Shown: positions 1 through 15,200, counted from the stretch's first letter. The stretch: 64,000 nucleotides of DNA from Callorhinchus milii (GCF_018977255.1 NW_024704743.1:109308001-109372000); one strand, 5' to 3'. Notes: generated from the letters alone by a model not told the origin. A program made the numbers and translations.

Positions 1-3000
1 AGTATAACTGGAGAACTTTTAAAATGTTTATGCAGCATATGTGTGAATAACAATACAAGACTTAATCAGAGCCAGATCGGTTTCTCTTGTAAGTGCAGAA
101 CTGCTACATGTACTCGACATTCAAAATTTCAACCTCACAGAAACAAAACCACTTCAAAAAACCCACCCAAAAAAATCCTACAAACAAAAACACACAACTT
201 TCAAAAAAGTGTCTGGAATTAAAATGTGCTTAGCTAACAACATGCAGAATAAAACCTTCACACTTAAAATATTACAATAAAATAGCTGTTAAACAATTAC
301 AGAATCACTGCTTCCATCAAACAAACTATGTACATTCTATACACAGTGCATCAGATGCTTTCTTTTCCATCTCTCAGTAGCAGCAAGCATATCCTGCTAT
401 TGTGCATAGCAGTACAAACTCGGGAGAGGGAGGACGTCTAAATATTACATAGCTATTAATTAATAACTAGTTTTTTTCTACATGTCAGTGCTACATCTTT
501 GTGGATACATTTTTACTGTGCAGAAGTAATTAAAATCTTTCTAAGAAAGAAAGAAATGCACATAGTTTTCTTGAAAATAAAAGTGCAAACATCTAAATTC
601 AGGCAACTGAAGCCAATGTTTAACCTGTGCATGGAACAAAAGGGACCATTATAATGTGGGCAACATATCTTCTGCACTCTGTGAGACTTACACAATTTGT
701 TACTCTTTTTGAAAGAGATTTTTCATAAATAAGTCAGCCTGTTTTTAAAGCTTAAAATGCCCAAATGAGTAAAGATTTTTTTTTAAAATTGCACCTATTT
801 TAATACTGGAATCAGATTATCTTAAAAAAGCTTTTTGTTTTCTCATCTCCCAGAAATTCCATTAATTGAGCTGAGCAATCTTCAATGGTTTATCATTTCA
901 CATGCTTGAATTACAGCAGTAAAGACAATGGATTATAAACATGCACGTTGAACCTCAACATACCAAGATTAATCTGGACTTTTTAAAAAAACACCCAGAA
1001 ATGAAAACCCAAATTAAACTATTTCAAACAGGAGATTCTTTGTTGCAGAAATTTATTGAAAAGGATCATTTCCATGGTGTCGGTAAAGTTCAGTCCCCCC
1101 CCCCCGCCACTCCCCTCCTTAAAAAAAACACAAGTCATGGACATCATGAAATGACGAGTCATTTTGTAAATTAGGTATTACTGCATCAAAAGTAAAACAT
1201 GTGGCTCCCCATTTGTCTTAGAATCCCCAGGGCAAAACACACAGAGAAATTAAGATTGAGAATGTTTAGGATTACATCAATAGTGTGTGTTCTGCTTTAG
1301 CTGGTCTCACCTGGGGTGGGAGGAGCAACACTAATATTGAACACATGGGTTGGAAGTGTGAGGGAAAATGACTACAAAAATCCACTGCTGGTAATTCTAT
1401 ATTCGAGGACCAGATCTGGTTTGGCTATAACACCACTGTTACACAGCTGACTCTCATGGTGATGCTTACATATCTCATGGCCAAGGTACTGCATGGCACC
1501 TGGCATCAGTAGAAGAAAGAATGCCTTCACAACATGAGGAGAATTTTTAAACAAAACCAGAAGCCTCTTTTGGATGCTTTCCATTCCCAAAATTGCAAGA
1601 GTCTACATTTTGGTTTAAAAAATCATTTTCACAAAAGTACATTATGACAAAGGGAGATAATGCTCCTTTTATTAAATATAAAATCTTTGTATACAGTAAA
1701 TATTTGTGGGATAAAATAGGAAAATCTTGAATATGCTCTTAAGGTGCGACTGAATAGACTTAAGTGTGCAATAACTTGCTAAAAAGTGGAAAGCAGATGG
1801 AATGAATGACAAATTCACTATTTTGTTATGTAAACCAGTCATTTAGCCAATCTCAATTTCAGCAAGGCAGCACATTTATTTCTGCTTAAATATTTTAAGT
1901 GCAGATGGTAACTGGTTTTGGAAGTCGAGTAGTGTTAGCTACTTAGGAGACAGGATATGCTACTGTAGAACCTTTGGATACAAGAAGGTGTGCTCATTTT
2001 ATTTCTTCACCCTGCACTGACCCACTACTTACAAAGTGCAAAGCAAGGTTAGAATGGTTCTCTCCATTCCACTGATAATTCTGGAATCTATAATCTGTAG
2101 TTTTTGGAAACAACTTCAACGAAACCAAAAAACGGACACTTATATAACCATCATATCCTGAAACATGTGCATTAGTTTTAAATGGGTAGCCAAGTGTCGA
2201 GAGAATTCATCTGTAAAAGTTGATGTGGGCATATCTGGGAATGCTTGTGTGACCAACAGCAATTACTTCTTATAAACAGGAATTAACAGTGGCTCCTAGG
2301 TCCTGAATCCACACATATAAATACTATTATTAAGGATTAAAGCTGAAAATAATTTATAGAAAATGTACCCTTTCCTCCCAATTTACAAACGTTTCCCTGC
2401 TTCTACATACAATACATTCAAAACACTGTCCCACGTTCCAGAGACTGGTGTGTTAAATACTGGTATTTCACCTTTGTGAAATAAAAATTGCTTCATCCTA
2501 TCAGCTTACATTATAAAATACTTGGTTTTATGCTTCACTTCCTTTTTATTTGATCACATATTTGAACTATGTTCAAAATAAAATGTACACCATATAAGAA
2601 ATGATCATGTCTTTGCCAATTGCCCAACATCTGAATATTAGCTGGTTTAACTTTTCATGCTTTATTCCAAGCAACAAACCCTAATTGGTCTGCGGTTACA
2701 TTTTTGGGATTAGTTGCAAAAGTAGCAAATTCACTACTACATGACGATTCCTCATATGGAATTCTATTCAACATAATAGTCTGCTTTTATAGCTATCAAA
2801 GACCAAGTGTACAACTGAGGCAGTATTTCCTTTCTCCATCTTTCCATTCCATTGTGTTTTATACAAACATAAGCTACTATATTAGCAAAATAATTTTTCA
2901 GCAAAAGCAGCTTCATTTTAGACATATTTTACACAGATTGGAATTTTTAAGATTCAAATCACCATTGATGCGAATCGCACCTAGTGAAAGAGATGCGTTA

Positions 3001-3142
3001 GGAGTTAGGTCTACGATGAACCCAAGATGGAAGCTGTACATTTTTAAGACACCAATCTAAGCAAAGGTTAAAATGAACCAACTGATCTGAATCAGTTTTT
3101 GTGTGTGCAGATCTCACTCCTCCATCAGCGGCTGTTACCGAG
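1..3142 (-). other. MYBL1: MYBL1 3' UTR (extent uncertain; candidate proximal AATAAA at 1668-1673, may extend past base 1)
   Basis: AT-rich, essentially repeat-free, directly downstream of the stop; carries miRNA seed matches and a Pumilio element. Confidence 0.65.
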
Positions 3143-3268
3143 TTATAGGATGAGAGCCCTGCTTGCATTGCTGGCATTATACGCGTTCAGGTACCGCCGA
3201 GCCTGTTCGGTCATTATCAGTTGATCTTCTGTCTTTCCACAAGCCACTGCTTCCCATTCACTGCTCAT
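3143..3268 (-). CDS. MYBL1: MYBL1 exon 16 coding part ([41 protein letters not shown])
   Basis: tgcag|ATG...CTA TAA; conserved Myb-family C-terminus. Confidence 0.97.
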   Translation of the reverse strand: MSSEWEAVACGKTEDQLIMTEQARRYLNAYNASNASRALIL

Positions 3269-6200
3269 CTGCAGAATCATTAAAAGTAAAATCAGTCATT
3301 ACATTTCACAATAATCCTATGAAGCGCTTTGAGATGTCCTCCCAAAGTGAAAGCACTATATCAAATGCAAGGAATATTTTGTTACATTATTTTTCTAACA
3401 TTGCCATGGATATCTACTGCCTGCATGACTTGCAGAACTCAATATTAGAGTTGATGACATACATACCACGCAGCAAAAGGTGACCCAGCCATTTTTGTAG
3501 TCAAAATTAATTTTTTGAAAAAAGTTAGGCAAGTTTAAATATTAACCAGATAGAAGACTGAGCATCATACAATAAAATATGGGCTGGTATATCCTTATTG
3601 TCAAAGATAAGTGACAGTCAACTTTAAATAAGTTGAACACTTAACATACATTTAAGGATCCCATAGAATCAAGTTGCTGCAAACTTTCTAGGGTCCTTTT
3701 GCCATTAGGAATCCATCTTGTCTCTTTGAAAGTGATTAATAATTGGTCCAAATGCCTAGGTTCTCAAAAGGGAAACACTTGTCTGATGGAAAAACGCCTT
3801 TTTCTCAGCAATTCTCCCACGTTTTAACCCTGGATTTAGTCCCATCGAGGATCTCAGAACTAAAACAAGGTTATTTGTAGATGTCACAGTAAGTCAATAC
3901 CACAACTTACCTGCCTTGGAGTTTCAAACCGTATACTTTTTGATGTAGACATTTGTTTTATCTCACACAAGGTACCATTTCCTCTCCTAGTAGCAATAGG
4001 TTTTTCAGACATAGCGACCCTCAGTAATGAGCTTGTCAAAAGGATTTCAGACTGTAAAACAGAGGTAGTTTATTTTCCATTGTTTTAAAATAGTTTTCCT
4101 CTTCTCATTGTTCCCATGCCATTTCCCCAACCAAACAAGCAATCCATACCCAGGTGCACCAAATTTAGCTGTCAATAGTGGGTATGCAAAGAAAAATAGA
4201 GAGGGTGCTTGGGGGGCACTATATAAATGCAAGTTGTTGTTGTTGATTTATGCCACAAAAGTAGAAATAGGAACCAATACCTTCAAATACAGAAACTTCT
4301 GGTATATTTATACCAGGTGCATACTATACCTGATATACAATATACTAGGAACCTGATATTCTTCATATTCTTAGGCTGAAGAAAATGTAAGAGAATGGGA
4401 AGTTATGGAAAACCGCGAAATTCAGTCTTAACTATCTTCCAAACTAAGGCTGAATTTAAGAGTATTTTTTCCAAAATTCAAGATCTTAAAATTTTAAGAC
4501 AATAGCCTTACACTTAAGAACATGAAAAAAATCAGACCCCTGACATAATAGACAGATATTCTGGAGTTAGTACAAATTCATTTTTCCTTGCAAACTACAA
4601 CAAACACCACAGCTTGTGTAGTTATAGGCTTTTACAACAACAATTTGGATTTATATAGCGCCCTCCATGCCGGATGGCGTCTCAGAGCGTTTCACAGTAA
4701 CGGGTCCCGGGGCCGAGCCAGGGGGATGGAGAGGAAGGTGACCAAAGGCGCGGTCGAAAAGAAAGGTCTTCAGTCAAGACCTGAAAGTGGGAAGAGAGGG
4801 GGCAAGGCAAAAGGAGTGAGAAAGGGAGTTCCAGAGCCTCGGGGCGTAGTGGTTGAAGGCAAGGCCACCAATGGTAGTGGGGTGCAGAGGAGTGGACGGA
4901 TTTGAAGACAAGGGTGAGGACCTTGAAGTCGATCCTCTCTGGGACAGGCAGCCAGTGCAGTCTGGCAAGGACTGGGGTAATCGGGGAGTGGAGTTTGGTG
5001 CGGATAAGAATGCGGGCGGCAGAGTTTTGCATGACCTGGATTTTATGAATGGTAGTGGAGGAGAGACCGGTGAGGAGGGCATTTGAATAGTCCAGCCGAG
5101 AGGTGACAAAGACATGGACCGAGGTTTCAGTGGCTTTTGGAGTGAGATATTGGTGGAGACGGGCGATGCGTTGGAGGTGGAAGAAAGCGGTGCTGGTGAG
5201 GGACCGGATGTGGGGGTCGAACCTGACGCCTAGGTTGCATACCCCACAACTGCTTATATGGGGAATTCCTAAAGCTCTATTGACCGTTTTTAGAGAAAGG
5301 TACAATCAAACACTTGGCAAGCGACATGGCACATCCGCATCATTGCCCCAACATTATAAGGGGAGAATATATAAAAGTATCAGCATGTGTGTGCAGCCAT
5401 CAGATTCACATTCATACAAATTTGTTTGTATCTTTTTCACATTTGGGAAAATAATTCATTTAGCTCTAACAACTTGTGAACTCACCTGTGCATCTGATAC
5501 AGAGTTCTGTGGGAACATCTGAGTACTGAGGTTGTCTTTGCCCCATCCATCTAAAACAAGGGACTTTCTTACTTTCTTGAAAGGAGCAGTTCGCTGTGAT
5601 GGGAGGAGAGAGAAGAAGAAAAAGATTACAAAGCAAGCAAAATAAATTTAATCACTAATAAAATTCAGACCACAAAAAGAATTTAAGAACCAAAGTTTAA
5701 GTTACTACCTCCTGGTCGCACATTTTGAAGCGAGGCTCGATACCATCTCCAAATAGTATGTCAGTGCCAGTCTCTTTCCTTAGAACCTCTCGAATGTCTT
5801 CCTCTAAATGTGCAAGCGATTGAGGCTGGTAGACACAAAAATAATTAAATTTTCTTAAAACAACTAACTTTCAACTGATAAGATTAAATGCTCTACTGCA
5901 TCTTTTTTTTAAGGATTTTTGCGTTTTTTTTAAAAAAAATCAGGGTTTTTCGGGGGGGGATTCCACTTACTTTTAATAGATGATTCATATGGGCCTGCGC
6001 ACACGGAGAGGATTCATGTCCAGTGCATGTCAGGAAGCTAACAGTTTACAGGTTTTGTTGTGTTAAATCGGATAATCACCAATTTTTAAAAAAATCGGGG
6101 TGTGCAGTTCAAGCAAACAAAAAAAATCAGAAGCCCTTTAGATAATTGAGGTATTTATAATTGAGAAAAAAGCTGTTTGCCATTTTAAAAATATTGTTGA

Positions 6201-9200
6201 TATCCTACACTGTGATACTTTGGCGAGCAGTCCATTGGAGGTCAGACAAAATCATGGACTCAGATGAATAGAGAGATTTGCTGTTTATATTGGACAACCG
6301 GAATGGAGAACAACAGAAAAGAGTGGCAAGAGAAGATCAAGGCAGATTTTCTGCTACCTAGTGAGTGTTGATGAATAAACATACCACCATTCTAAGTGGT
6401 CCATATTTCTTTTCCTGGGCAGCAAGTGCATTCTTGAAAGGGGTTGGAGTCCTTGGTGTGCTGTCTAAAACCGTTCGTCTTATTGTGGGAGTTCTGAAAC
6501 TGCATAACCACATACACACACACACACACAAATGGATTCTGGTGCCAAATACGGAATAAATATCATCATATGCATTTCAAATCATTCAGCCTAGTCAATT
6601 GAACACAATACATGGAGATGAGGTTATTGAGCAAGCTGAAAGAATAGATAATAGTGTTTTTGCAGGAAATGGGAGTTTTCCAAAGGGATTTTCAATGTGT
6701 GGTTAGGCAAAACAAGAGAACATTCAATGTATGAATTAAGAGTTAAGTAATCATCAATTTAAAAAATATTTTGAAGACCATTGGTTACACACACCAAATA
6801 TTAGCTTGAGAAACCTAATAATTGAACTTAATATTGCACCATCTTAAAACTTCCAGACGTATACTTTTACCCTCTTGCTCTAATGGACACCTCTAAAATA
6901 ATTTTAGAAAACTGATTTTATGCATGATAATATACATAATTAAATAATTTCTTGATACTATCACAAAACGCTGCACTTCTCTTATCAGTTTTTCCATCCC
7001 TCTGCAGAATCTAATCAACAATGACCACTGAATATAAATCTAGGTACTGTCAGTCACAGCTAGGTCTTGCTTAAGATGAAAAAAACAATCCTTTTTTAAC
7101 TCAACCAGGCGTCTTATTTAACCCATTCATTTTAAAACAATTTCAAACATTCAGGTCCACATGCCTTCATTGGGACATGCTTTCGCTGGAATTACGTAAC
7201 TGCCAGAAAAGGAAGCAACTTTCTTACTCTCCACTTCCAAATAAATTGTTCTACGGGAGCAAATGGTCTATCTACCTACACATGCTGTGGTTGATTTACT
7301 TCTATACGAAGAGTCTATGTAAAGATAGAAAGAAAACATAAGGAAGAACATACTCTAAAGACGACATGCTGTGAGGTTCTATTTAAAGTTTCTTTAGGGA
7401 AAGGAAAGAAAATAGGGGAAAATATTTTAAAAGCAATTGTTTCACAATTTTTTTAATGCATCTTAAGAGAAAGCTAATTAAATCTGCTTACCCTGCATTT
7501 TCCTTCTGAACCTTAGGCGTCTGGTCTTTACGAAGTGGCGTTGTGACGAGAAGTTTCTGTCCACAGACTGGGGTAGATGTCAGTGCCGGGTTGTCAAGGT
7601 TCAGGTGATCATTGCCAGAGTAAATGTTAAAAAACTAGAAGAAACATTTTCATTTTAAAAAAGTGTTAACTTTTGGTATTTGGTCATATTTATCCTCTTT
7701 ATTAAATCATAAAAGCAGAAAAGATCCTCAATCAGTACAGGCACCAGACCAAAAATAACTTTTAAGATGAGAAAAGGCCATCTAATTCAGCATCACAATG
7801 AAAGCGAGTCTCCAAGCATTAGTAATATAAATGGCTTGAATTTACAAGGGGAAGAAGACCCAAGGCCCAAGATTCACTGATCTTCCGAGGACCATTTCCA
7901 TCAGGTTTTGCGAGCTTGAAGTCAACCTCATAACATTTTCAGAACAAACCTCTCTCAGCAATTCAGTCAAAATATAAACCAATATTCTGCAAGATCTATC
8001 GTGTTTCCTTTGAATAGATTGTCCAAATCCAACACTCACGGCAGTAAATTTCAACACAAGTTAACGATAGAATCAATACAGCACAGAAAGAGGCCATTCA
8101 GCCCATCGAGTCTGTGCCGGCTCTTTGAAAAGAGCAATGTAATGTCAATCCAATTTCCCAGCCCTTTCCCCATAATCCTGCAAACCCGTCCTCCTCAAAA
8201 ACCCATCCACCGCGTTTTTAAAAGTAGTTATTGAATTGGCCTCCACCACCCCTTCAGGCAATACATTCCAGATTCGAACAACTCGCTGTGTGAAAAAAAT
8301 TATTTTCACCTCCCCTCTGCTTCTTTTAGAGACTATTTTAAATCTGTGACCTCGAGTCACCGACACACCCACCAGTGGAAACAGGTTTTCTCTTTCTAAC
8401 CTATCAAATCCCCTCATGATTTTGAAAACCTCTATTAGGTCTCCTCGTAACCTTCTCTGCTCCAATGAGAATAATCCCAGCCTCACTAGCCTTTCCTCAT
8501 AATCAAGGTCCCTCATTCCTGGTATCATCCTTGTAAATCTCCTCTGCACCCTTTCCGATGCCTTAACATCCTTCCTATAGTGTGGTGACCAGAACTGGGC
8601 GCAGTATTCTAACTGAGGCCTTACCAGTGTTTTATATAGATTAATCATAACTTCCTGACTCTTGTACTCTATGCCCCTATTTATAAAGCCTAGTATCCCA
8701 TATGCCCTTTTTACAGCTTTATCTACCTGTCCTGCCACCTTCAAGGATTCATTTACCTGCACCCCCAGGTCTCTGTTCCTTCACCCGCCCCCCCCCTTAA
8801 GATTGTATTACCAGCCTATATTGCCTCCCCTCATCCTTTCTTCCAAAATGCATTACCTCGCATTTCTCCACATTGAAATTTGTCTGCCATGTGTCTGCCC
8901 ATTTTACCATTCTATGTCTTCCTGCGGTTGGCTACTATCCTTCTCACTGTTTACTATCCTACCTAACTTTGTGTCATCCACAAACTTGGAAATGGTACTT
9001 GCTATACCCAAGTCTAGATCATTTATATATATATTTATATATATATATATATAAGAAGAACAGAGGTCCTAATACCGAACCCTGGGGGACACCACTGTAC
9101 ACTTCCCTCCAATCAGAAGAGCAGCCATTCACCACAACTCCCTGCTTTCTATCTTCCAGCCAGTTCTGGATCCGTGCTGCCACTGTCCCTTTTATACCAT

Positions 9201-12200
9201 GGGCTTCTATTTTTCTTACAAGTCTTTTATGTGGCACTTTATCAAATGCCTTTTGAAAGTCCATATAAACTACATCTATTGCACTACCATCATCCACCCT
9301 CTTCGTTACCTCATCGAAAAATTCGATACACAAGCAATTTCTTATAAATTCTCATTTTGTTAAATGGCTACTCAATTTTTTTTAAAAAAGCAGGTTCATC
9401 CAACAATACAAGTCTCTTTATAAAGAGAACAACTAGATGTGCCCAATTTAAAATGGCATATTTATATTCATAAACTTTACTGCATTTACTAAAAAGCAAT
9501 ACAAAATAGAAATGTTTGAGCAATCCTGAAACTAACCAAGTCTAACTACAAACTGCTACTTGTGTTAGCTATGACAGTGCTGAATGTTATACCTGAGAAG
9601 GAGAAAAGGGTAATACTTTCACTGGAGTGCTTTTGGGGCTCGTTGTACTGATGTCCATGAAAGAAGCACTGTTAGAGTCACTAGATGGAGATGGGCCAAC
9701 CCTGGATCTCCTTTTCCTCCTCAAAATGGTTGGCGGTGTGCTGAACTTGGCAACGATAGGAGATGCTATAGGAATGAGGTCACCCTGTCCACTGCTGTTA
9801 CTGCAAGTACTTCCACTCAGGTCTGAAACAGCACGACCATCAAAGCGGTAAGCTATTCCACCTCTGGTCTGCAAACGCTCATGCTTAGCTGAAGTCTGTC
9901 TTGTAGGTGTTTTCTCAGTGACTTCAGACAAGTCAAAGTTAGATATTTCATTCCACACTACAGGATCCTGGGAGTAAGAAAGCCAATAGTTATTTAAACT
10001 CGGATAAGAATTTGCAAAAAGTGCATGATTTTAAACGCAAAATATAGACCTAAAAAGTATTACTTTTGTCACTAAATTTAAAAAAAATGCAGTACTTAGT
10101 GTTTGATTTCTTTGTACTCATTTAGCTTTCAGGATCGAATGAATAGGTCCTTTATTAAAACAAGGTGCAGTGAAAAGAAAGGTTGTTGCAGTTTGAATAC
10201 AAGTTGACTGATGTCATCATATTCTATTGTTATGGTTACTGTAATTGTTTAGTTCTACAGATCATTTAGGAATGAAGACTGTTGGGAATACAATATGCTA
10301 TAATTAAAAGCAAAACAGCTCCACCAACAGCACATAATATAATAAAGTAAAGGAATAAAGATTTCAAAATAGAGAACACAAAGAATCAAATGTTTAATTC
10401 AGAAAAAGTGGCCAAATATTGGGCTGTAATCATATTCAAATAATGGAGACAATAAAACAATATATACAGGAGGGCAAAATTTAAAACAAAAAAGCTGAAA
10501 TTCCAACCCCAAGTTAAATCCTAGTGTTTCTCAGATATATATTAAGCAGATGCAGTGATTTCTTCCAAATGCATCAAGTGAAGCCGCTAAAACGACAGTA
10601 GCTTACACTCGCAAGAAATAAACAGAAAGACAGGGACACGATATTTCTTGAAGTCTCAATGATACATTCACAGAAAGTAAAAGAAAGGCTGTTAACTGGC
10701 AGGTGAGACTGATCTGCAAGCCTGTCACCAAGGAGCCGACTTTTCTTCACTGGGAACTCTAACCAAGGCCTCTCACTGAGCTAAAGCAGGTAGTTAGATT
10801 TCAAAAATAATTTCATCAACCAAGATCTAATACTTGCATTTGATATAATATCTACTGAAACATCTCAAAGTCTTCTGTAGTAATTACTCATAAGTACAGC
10901 AATTATACTTGTAGATAAATATGGCGACCAATTTGCACACAAGGTGCTACAAGCAGCAAGGAAAAAATAACCTGTGCCCATAGAAAAGTGTAGCAATATT
11001 TGCCAAAAATTGCAGGGAAATTTGAAAATTTTGCAGGAAATTGTCAGAGTTGTTTGGTGCTATTGAGGTACATTTTACTGCCAACGAACATTTTTTCACT
11101 TTATTGCGAAAAGCTAAACATGAGGAAATAACACATATTAGATTGTTGCAATTTTCAAAATAATTTCTACTTTAACAAAAACTGGATGGCCATGGTGGGA
11201 GGGACAGGGACAGACAAGCACGGGCCCAAAGGGCCTGGAGATCCACCAAAAAAGACACTCAGGACCAGCGTCCTGACGTGTGGCTACAGGAGCTCACCAC
11301 CATCTGCCTCTCAGGGCCCAGCATCGCACACAGACACATACAGCCAGAGACACACTTAGTCACAGAGACACTTAGCCACAGAGACACACACACTCAGCCA
11401 CAGAGACACTCAGCCACAGAGAGGCACACACACACTGAGATATATACACACTCAGACACAGAGACACACACACACAGACAGGAGAGAGAGAGAGAAAGAG
11501 ACACACATACACATTCACACACACTCACAGACATTTACAAACACATAGAGACGCTCACAAGCACATACAGAAAGAGAAACACACACACACAGACACAACA
11601 GCAGGGTCTCAGAGTGGAGTGTAGCCTATTTCCCGCTTGTGTCCAGAGCTGCTCTGCCCACAGTAATGTCAGGTAAACAGCGTGAGAGGCCCAAGGCCAG
11701 AAACTTCATTTTTAGAGTGTTTGTAGTGGAGGGGGGTGTTTATAGCAGATTCCGCAGAAAATGTGTGGCCACACTTTTCTATTAGCCCAGGAGATAAACA
11801 ATTTATTGAGGACATTTGTTGGCCAAGATGCCAGGAGAAACTTCTCTTTTTGAACAGTGAAATTGTCGCTTAACAACCCCTTGAACAGATGGGAACTCAC
11901 TAGTCTCTCCTTTCTACAAAATTTCCACCTTTGAAGTCTATGTCCCTTAGTTTCATTATCAAAGTTAAGTACTGAAAGCAATCAACCAAATAAACACACA
12001 CACACAGAAACATAAAAGGATGCTGGTACGAGTAACCCAATGAATCAATCTACAGAACTATTTCGGAACACTGAATTTATCTGATATAGCTCACATCATG
12101 TTGTCGGAACGTCTCAATGCACTTCGTTGTATTTACTGTAAAGTAAAGTGACGGTGTATTAATCTAGGTTAACAGTTCAGTGTAAGGTTGGGGGTAGCCC

Positions 12201-15200
12201 TGCATTGTCAAAGGTGTCATCTTTCATGAGACATTAATTCAAGGTCTCGTCTGCCTGTTCAAGTGAACCTTAAAGATCCCAGCACAGTATTTGAAAGACA
12301 AGTTGGTGTCTTGGCCAACAAACTTCCGGATAAAATTGGTCACTATTTCGTGGTTGTATGAGGGACGCTGCTGGGCACAAACTGGCTGCCATATTCACCT
12401 ATAAATACAATCACTATGATTTACAGTAAATCCTGTGAAGAGCTTTGAAATGTTTTAACAGAAAAAGACTTATCAAATGCAAAGATTATTTTATTACTAA
12501 TCCTATTTTCCTCCTAGTTACCATTCTTAATAGTTATTGTTGAAATAGTACATTATTTCCACAAAACCAGAAAGAAGGGATGTGGAAATACATCCACAAG
12601 GTTGGGACAGAATAAATCTCCCATTGTCAGCACAGATGTTCTGCTTTGCAAGATCGATTATTGAGCCACTGCTGAAAGAATATTCAGAAACCAATACCCA
12701 GAATAAGGTGATCAGAATTTGGTTCTCCATTTTCAATATTCTGCATGAAGAATCAAAGGGTAGAATGGAAACAGAGGAACGTTTATTACCATAAGACTGC
12801 CATCAATGCTAATATATCCTTGGTTCACCAAGGTTGATAGGGCGATTACAGATCTCTGGATAAAACCAAATTTCAAAGTGCAGTTGAAGGACTTCCACAT
12901 GGATTCACACATGGGCTCAGCCACCAACACTAAACAGAGTCAGCAACTAAAATGTGAGAAGTGTGGGATGGAGAGCTCAACTGATCAGCGGTGAACATGG
13001 ACAAAGAATTTGGTGTTCAGGATACCAAAACAAAATATACTTAATCAACAAAAGGTTTATATAATCTTCCATCATAAATGGATTAAGTTGGTACACAAGC
13101 ATTGTTTCACCAAATAAATTATGAAAACAGTGTTTAGGAGGTCCACCCACTCAAACAATTTCTATGTAATAAGATTACATGTGATAATAAGAAAGCTCAT
13201 TTCTTGAAGCAAAAGATTGAAATGAAAGGATAACAGGCAAGATAAAAAAAATTGTATTAAGGGCTGCAAATAAAAAAAATTGTAGTAATCCTACAATTTT
13301 TCTAAAGAATGTCTTTAAAAAAACAGAAAAATATACTTTATGCATGAATATTTGGTTTGTTATTGTGGAGATGGTAAAAAAAACTCATTTTGAAACAAGC
13401 ATATATTTATACAGCGCCCTTCCCACAGGCAGAGGCTGAAAGCTCAATAGTGGTGGAGCCTGATGCCGAGCTGGGGGTGGGGAGGTTAGCATGGTCGAAG
13501 CATCTCAGCTTATTGCTCACCTTTAAAAATTAAAAGAGACGATAAAAAAAGAAAAAAAAAAGAAAAAAAACTTACCGCTTCTATGAGTTCAAATGTCTTA
13601 GCAAAATCAGGAATAGACTGCAGAGTGTTAAGAACTGCACTCTGCTCCTGTGCAAAAAACCTGTTGAGGGAGGTCTGCTGTACAGGTGGGTTTGGTCCAT
13701 GGAGTGTCTCCTTGCTGAAAGTTTCACTTGGCTTTTCTTCCAGGCTGCTCAAGGTGCTGGACAAACTGTCATCACCAAAGAAACTTCTGGACCAGCTGGT
13801 AAAACCACTAGCCTCGTGTGGCTGAACAAAACCAAAAAAGGAAAAAAAATAAAACAAACTAGGAATTTACTGTGGAATACACTGGTGTGGTTTAGAGTTA
13901 TTACACAGTAATTATAAACAGTAAAACAATGTTTTAGACTTGGAAGAAACATGAATGATTTAAACAAATGGAGTAAACCAACACAATTTACTTTATATAA
14001 AAATAAAACACTATGGAAAAGGAATTTAAAATCCTCAATAGGTTAATTCAAACATAGACTACACTTCAAATTGTAATCCTTGCATTTGATATAGAACCAC
14101 ATAATATCGTCAAAATGTCTCAAATTTCTTCACAGGATTTTCTTTAATAAAACTAGTGTTACTTATTCTACGAATGAATGAAAAATGGTTCACTAATGCA
14201 TCAAGTGGTAAAGTACTCTAGTCCTAAATTCCACAATTTATCATACCATTTCTAATCCATACGGAATTTGCTTTCTTATCTACTCAGTTATCAGAAAACA
14301 TTACAAGCAGAAATGTAGTTGAATTCCGCTAGTTTATATTGGATTTCAGTTTTTATGTTCAACCTACTAATCTTTTTCAAACCTTGGATATCCATCTATT
14401 TCAAATAATCCATTACAATGAACCCAACAGTAAATGCTTACCAACACAAAAGTTTGACTACATCAAAATGTTACATTAGTTTCCAATGCAGTGGTTTTGA
14501 AAACAATTCAAAGAGTTAATTATTAGTGTAAATCATCACAATGCAAAAGTAAATGAGAAGAAAGCACAGATGAAAATAGCAAGTCTAAAATTTAAAAAAA
14601 TGCCTAAGCAATCTAAAAGGTTGTGAGTGCATACAGAATCCTTACAGCTACTGCTCGCTTTCTTCTGACTTCATTCTCTGCTGACATTAGAAGAATTTCG
14701 AGTTCCTTTATTCTTTGCTCTTTATCAGGATCATCATCAAGATATGGCTGCTGAATTAACATGTAAGAGAGAGGAAAAGGAACAAATGGAGAGTGACAGG
14801 AAGAGATAGTGATACTTGGTTTCTTCTTTTGTTTAAGTGCACAAACTCTTAACAGGTTATCAGTGACAGATTGAGTGTGTAAAAGCTGGTGGTTTTATAT
14901 GATCTAACCCTCATCAGGAGTCAGTTGTTGTAACCAAATTAAAAAGTACTGGAATTTTTTTGCAAGACATTTTTCTGGATGTAGAATAGCTTCATTGCTT
15001 ATATCAATGCAGTGGCCATTGCAGTTTCACAAAAGGCTACAAATTATATTTTGAACCCTGAAGCCCTTTGCAGACTTACAGGGTTCTCAAAACACATCTT
15101 TTAAAATACTTTATTCAGATGGTACAAAACGGGGCACACAATAGATTAGAAGCTACAGAACTGTTGAAAAACATCTATTATGTCCAGATTTATAACTAGA

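Noticed and set aside
10205..10250. TGATGTCA plus weak X-box-like GTAACCATAACAA in MYBL1 intron 9
   Set aside because: Both are mismatched; not supportable without conservation data
11278..11676. 132-aa His/Thr-rich ORF
   Set aside because: Translation of an (AC)/(AG) microsatellite
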